Positions 60,035 through 64,000 of a stretch of 64,000 nucleotides of DNA are shown one piece after another. Source of the stretch: a virus (Duplodnaviria > Caudoviricetes). Below the pieces are notes generated by a model. It did not search any database and was not told where the DNA came from. It saw nothing but the letters and a program-made list of their open reading frames with translations. Numbering within the stretch: the stretch's first letter is position 1; the number at the start of each line of letters is the position of its first letter. A program made the translations under genes and the position numbers. The stretch lies in the IMG/VR virus record IMGVR_UViG_3300031555_004728, positions 128,001-192,000 of that record; one strand, given 5' to 3'.

Positions 60035-60859
60035 TTATAAAATACTTCCAATAGAATCTAAATCCATATCTCTATACATTTTATCAAACATGATGTTTGA
60101 AAATACAGAGCAGTTTTCATTATCTGGAATTGGATAAATATATGTCATTGGATATTTACCCATTTCTTCATAAAACATTTGTGCTACCACATTTGGATTG
60201 TTTTTAAATACACCACAACCATAAGCACCAAGATATAAAATATCAACTAAATGAGAATATGCACATTGCATTAGAATCTGAATTCTTTCTCTCATCGTAG
60301 ATTCTATTTCTTCTTCAGAAACATTATTTCGTAAAGCTGCCCCTCTATTAGGTGCTGCAATAGTAATAACGTCTGCTTTAAAGATACTACCTTTTTCACC
60401 AATAAATATAACATCTGGAGTATAAATCATTCTATGCTTATATAGAGCTTTATTTTTATTCTCTCTATTATAATGATAGAATGTGTCATCGAATGCTTCC
60501 AATATAGGATACAATGTACTAGAATGGCAGATACACTCTTCCTGAGCACTTGAACCTTTAATAAACATCCCACCTGGATTTTTATATGAAGCGAAATTTA
60601 ATACACAAATTTTATTCTTCTTTGATTTTGAATTTGTAACAGCTTCAACAATTCCAGATTTAATAATTTTACATTTAAATGCACCAGAGTTGTCTCTTTC
60701 TAGATTATCTTTTAATAACTCCATGCAATTTTCTTCAGTATATACAACAGAATTTTGAATTGAATATTCTATTTCATCTTGAAATCTTCTGTGCATATCA
60801 ACTATATGCTCACGTGCTTTTTCTTTGTTAAGCTCTTTCTTTGTCCAATAATTAATCAT
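60035..60859 (-). CDS. TIGR02452-type PARG-like macrodomain ADP-ribose glycohydrolase
   Basis: VLNFASYKNPGGMF..GSSAQEECIC.SSTL, IYTPDV, AAPN, LGAYGCGVFKN. Confidence 0.9.
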   Translation of the reverse strand: MINYWTKKELNKEKAREHIVDMHRRFQDEIEYSIQNSVVYTEENCMELLKDNLERDNSGAFKCKIIKSGIVEAVTNSKSKKNKICVLNFASYKNPGGMFIKGSSAQEECICHSSTLYPILEAFDDTFYHYNRENKNKALYKHRMIYTPDVIFIGEKGSIFKADVITIAAPNRGAALRNNVSEEEIESTMRERIQILMQCAYSHLVDILYLGAYGCGVFKNNPNVVAQMFYEEMGKYPMTYIYPIPDNENCSVFSNIMFDKMYRDMDLDSIGSIL

Positions 60860-61073
60860 GATAAAATCCTCCTTATATAAGACATTTCTACAAAAATAAT
60901 ATATTTACAAAAACGAATATTATTCATTAATATAGATATATTATTTTGATGTACAAGGGCACTTGTACACCACCTATTAATTATTCAACAGTGCCCTTGT
61001 GCACCTTATTTTTTATTTATTAATTAAAACAAATTATTAAATCATAAAATATTAGAAAGGAAAGTATGAATTT

Positions 61074-61466
61074 ATGAAAACTATTGATAAATTGAAATTA
61101 GCAATTTTCGAAGCTGGTAATAATGGCATTATCGATGAAGGTAAAGTTAAAGAAATGATTACTGTTTGCGAATCTGCTAATATGGAAAATCAGGATGATG
61201 TAAACGCTCTGACTAAGATTACAGAAGAGTTAATTTCAGTTACAGAATCTGTTGAAAATCCAGAAGCTCCTGTTGTTGAAGAACCAGTAGTTCCTGAAGA
61301 GCAACCTGTTCAAGAATCAGTTGCTGAGATTCAGCATAAAGAAGAAACTCCTTCTGTAAATATGACAGAACTTAAACTTGAGATCTTTGAAAGTGAAGCA
61401 AGTGGTCAAATTACTCCAGAAGAAAGAGATCTCTTGCTAAGTATGATGGATGTACATACAGCTTAA
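61074..61466 (+). CDS. Acidic head/scaffold-type protein
   Basis: IFEA, VCES, VTES, VQES, IFES motifs; AACA-N6-TA at 61028. Confidence 0.55.
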   Translation: MKTIDKLKLAIFEAGNNGIIDEGKVKEMITVCESANMENQDDVNALTKITEELISVTESVENPEAPVVEEPVVPEEQPVQESVAEIQHKEETPSVNMTELKLEIFESEASGQITPEERDLLLSMMDVHTA

Positions 61467-61506
61467 TAAATATGAGATACAGAAAAATCTGTATCTCATA
61501 TTTATT

Positions 61507-62157
61507 TTATTTTCCTTGATATGCTTTAAGATAAAGACCTGGTTCTCTTACTTTAGTAGATGGGGTATTAAATTTTTTAGATATTTCATGATCTTTTATC
61601 TCTTCACCTCTACTTCTAATAGATTCTATAGGCACATTACTCTTATTTTCTTTACCAATTTCTAACCGTGACTCATTGTCTAAAGGGCTAGAATAATAAT
61701 CTCCTCTTGAATAATTTTCTTTATATTTGTTAAGTTTATTTGATAAATCGTGTTCAAGTTTTTTAATTTGAAGTGTGATTTTTTCTTTAACAGAATCACT
61801 TGCTGTTTTTTGTATTTTTTTTAACGCTTTAATTTTTTCTTCAGTTTCTTCATTTTGTTTTCTTAATTCTTGTAATGCTTTTGTATGTTCTTTTTCATAT
61901 CTAGTTGCTTCCAAAAGAACTATACACTCATCATTATCAATAATACCTTCTGTAAATCTTTCTAGTACTGAAATATGATATTTAGAATTATCTACTGATT
62001 CTAATAATAATATACATTCATCTACTGATATATCACCATTAATTACTGATTCTGTAATTGAATCAATAACTGCTGGTTCAGTTTCAATAACCATATCTTC
62101 AACTGATTCTGTAACACAGTCTAAAATATTGTCTAAAAGTTGTTCAAATTTACTCAT
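61507..62157 (-). CDS. Head-type protein with an acidic propeptide-like N-terminus
   Basis: VTES, ITES, LLES, FTEG, LLEA, then a basic coiled coil. Confidence 0.55.
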   Translation of the reverse strand: MSKFEQLLDNILDCVTESVEDMVIETEPAVIDSITESVINGDISVDECILLLESVDNSKYHISVLERFTEGIIDNDECIVLLEATRYEKEHTKALQELRKQNEETEEKIKALKKIQKTASDSVKEKITLQIKKLEHDLSNKLNKYKENYSRGDYYSSPLDNESRLEIGKENKSNVPIESIRSRGEEIKDHEISKKFNTPSTKVREPGLYLKAYQGK

Positions 62158-62242
62158 ATTATTAAATCCCTTTCTCTATATTTAATGAACCCAAAACAAA
62201 GTTTTAATAAAACTTTGTTTTAGGAATTTTTGTTAAAATATT

Positions 62243-63070
62243 CTAATACCAATTGCCTGCTTCAACGCCAATATATTGACTTTCGCTACCATAATAAAAA
62301 TAAACCGTTGTACTTAACGGTGCAACTTCATTAAATGTAATTTGTACAGCATTATATGCATATCCTATAGCTTTTATAGTACCACCAGAATCTATACCAT
62401 TATATTTTAAACCACATGAAGTAGTTACACCATTAATGACAGTTCTAGATGTTCCAGCCATATTATTTATAATCCATGGATCATGAATATAAATACTTCC
62501 ACCAGAATCAGATCCACAAACATATTGTCCATATGGTAATTTGTAATAATATCTTTGACATAACCTCAGTTCTTCATCATATCTTCTAGGAATATTTCCT
62601 GTAAACTTAGTACCCTTTTCAAGTTTTATAAAGTCTATATTATAACTATCAGTCATTAATACTGAAAATTCATCATAATTTTCTATTGGACCTCCTGTGT
62701 GTCTTGTATATGATAACTTTAAATTTGGTGATATAATAAATGAATCACTTACAGATCCATTTATTATATATGATCTTATAACTCCATCAAAACTTATAGT
62801 TATAGTATACTGAGCATTATCATCTATTGTATACTCTAAGATTTGTTTTAGTTCAACTGATTTAACAGTTCCTATATTAATAGATATACCTGAATTATCA
62901 TTTAATTTTGATACTATTGGCATAGTATCATTTGGATTATTTATAGTAATATATTTAATCCACATATCTGCTGTATATCCACTCGCTCCAGTATTAAAAC
63001 TAGTACCTCTTTGCCATACTTGAAAATTTCCATTAATTAAAATATTAGGGTTAACAAATTGGTTGCAGTT
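62243..63070 (-). CDS. Silent tail-fibre cassette C15 (275 aa)
   Basis: NCNQFVNPNILINGNFQVWQRGTSF...YTADMW...KLEKG...EELRLCQRYY. These fibre motifs begin upstream of the first ATG. Confidence 0.85.
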   Translation of the reverse strand, partial: NCNQFVNPNILINGNFQVWQRGTSFNTGASGYTADMWIKYITINNPNDTMPIVSKLNDNSGISINIGTVKSVELKQILEYTIDDNAQYTITISFDGVIRSYIINGSVSDSFIISPNLKLSYTRHTGGPIENYDEFSVLMTDSYNIDFIKLEKGTKFTGNIPRRYDEELRLCQRYYYKLPYGQYVCGSDSGGSIYIHDPWIINNMAGTSRTVINGVTTSCGLKYNGIDSGGTIKAIGYAYNAVQITFNEVAPLSTTVYFYYGSESQYIGVEAGNWY

Positions 63071-63143
63071 TTGTTAAGTAAGTTTTCTGTAATCTAAGGA
63101 AAATCTCGATAACTAGAGAAAGTTAACTTAACAAAATTGGTTC
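63062..63143 (-). repeat. 82-bp repeat R15
   Basis: Direct sequence comparison. Confidence 0.97.
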
Positions 63144-63216
63144 AATTCCTACATTATCAATGATAATTTCTATCTAAAAACAATCTACTAATTAAGTAAA
63201 TAGGAGGATATAAATC

Positions 63217-63936
63217 ATGAATATGTCTTCATTAATATCAAGAATAAAAACTGAACTAGGTCTGTATTCTATAGCATTACCTCTTGACAATGTGGATGCT
63301 ACTATTGCAGAGGTTATAATTAATACAACACTTAGAACATATTCTCAATATTTTCCTCAATATGAAATAATAAGAAAATCTAGTGCTGAAATAGAAAGAT
63401 TATATAGAAATCTTGAGTATTGTGATATGACTCTTGAAGTACCTGATGGTAGTGAAATAGTATTTGTTGCTGATGTTTATTATGATGCATCTGATATAAA
63501 TGGTATTGGATATTATGGTGCTGGTATGCCTATATATTCACCAAATATGATTACTGATTTATTAACTGCTAATATAGGTGCTAATTTGACAAATATGATG
63601 TTTCCTAAATTAACATGGCATTTTCAATATCCTAATAAACTTAGAGTATATCATTTATATGGTGGAAATATATTTATCAAGTGTGCTAAATTACATGATA
63701 AATCATTAACATCAGTTCCTTTTTCACAAAAAGAAACATTTACGAATATTGCTATTTTAGATGTTAAGAAAGCAATGTATAATATAATCAAGCACTATAA
63801 TGAACTTGAAACTGCTCATGGAAGAATTAATTTGAAAATTGATGATTGGGCAGATTCATATAACGAGAGAAAAGAATTACTTAGAGAGTGGGATGATACA
63901 TTCCACTTAGAGCAGAAGTCAGTTTATTTTGCGTAA
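63217..63936 (+). CDS. Structural protein, possibly neck/head-completion
   Basis: 239-aa ORF; GGAGG; AACA-N6-TA at 63179; loosely gp13-like layout. Confidence 0.45.
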   Translation: MNMSSLISRIKTELGLYSIALPLDNVDATIAEVIINTTLRTYSQYFPQYEIIRKSSAEIERLYRNLEYCDMTLEVPDGSEIVFVADVYYDASDINGIGYYGAGMPIYSPNMITDLLTANIGANLTNMMFPKLTWHFQYPNKLRVYHLYGGNIFIKCAKLHDKSLTSVPFSQKETFTNIAILDVKKAMYNIIKHYNELETAHGRINLKIDDWADSYNERKELLREWDDTFHLEQKSVYFA

Positions 63937-64000
63937 AATATAATCCATTGGAATTTTTATTCCAATGGATTATTTATTTTATTGATATAATGGTTTAATT

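Noticed and set aside
2591-63143. 82-bp repeats as a CRISPR array
   Set aside because: They are too long, dispersed on both strands and followed by 300-800 bp coding cassettes rather than 30-40 bp spacers. No cas genes are seen.
1-64000. tRNA/rRNA genes and a dedicated site-specific recombinase
   Set aside because: None recognised by eye. tRNAscan-SE and HMM searches on the full genome would be needed to exclude them.

Overview
AT-rich jumbo-phage DNA of the phiKZ/AR9 type, probably from a Firmicute host (inferred). It encodes a split RNAP beta subunit, an SbcC-like ATPase, a Dda-like helicase, RecA/UvsX with a group I intron plus HNH endonuclease, a terminase with two ORF-less group I introns, RusA, dUTPase, PPK1, a PARG-like macrodomain, a tape measure protein with lytic domains, baseplate proteins and a tail fibre. 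Standout signal: 15 dispersed copies of an 82-bp imperfect palindrome (GAACCAATTTTGTTAAGT-N54-AAACTGCAAC) on both strands. Each is fused to a different, mostly start-less ORF that reads in frame from AAC-TGC-AAC/T (N-C-N), and several of these ORFs resemble tail-fibre tips. The single complete tail-fibre gene (58101-59528) has the same AAACTGCAAC/N-C-N junction 100 aa from its C-terminus. The left 18 bp of the repeat lie upstream of its promoter. This looks like a genome-wide library of silent receptor-binding tips with one expression module. No recombinase or reverse transcriptase for it is visible in the window. All family calls come from motif recognition by eye; no searches were run.
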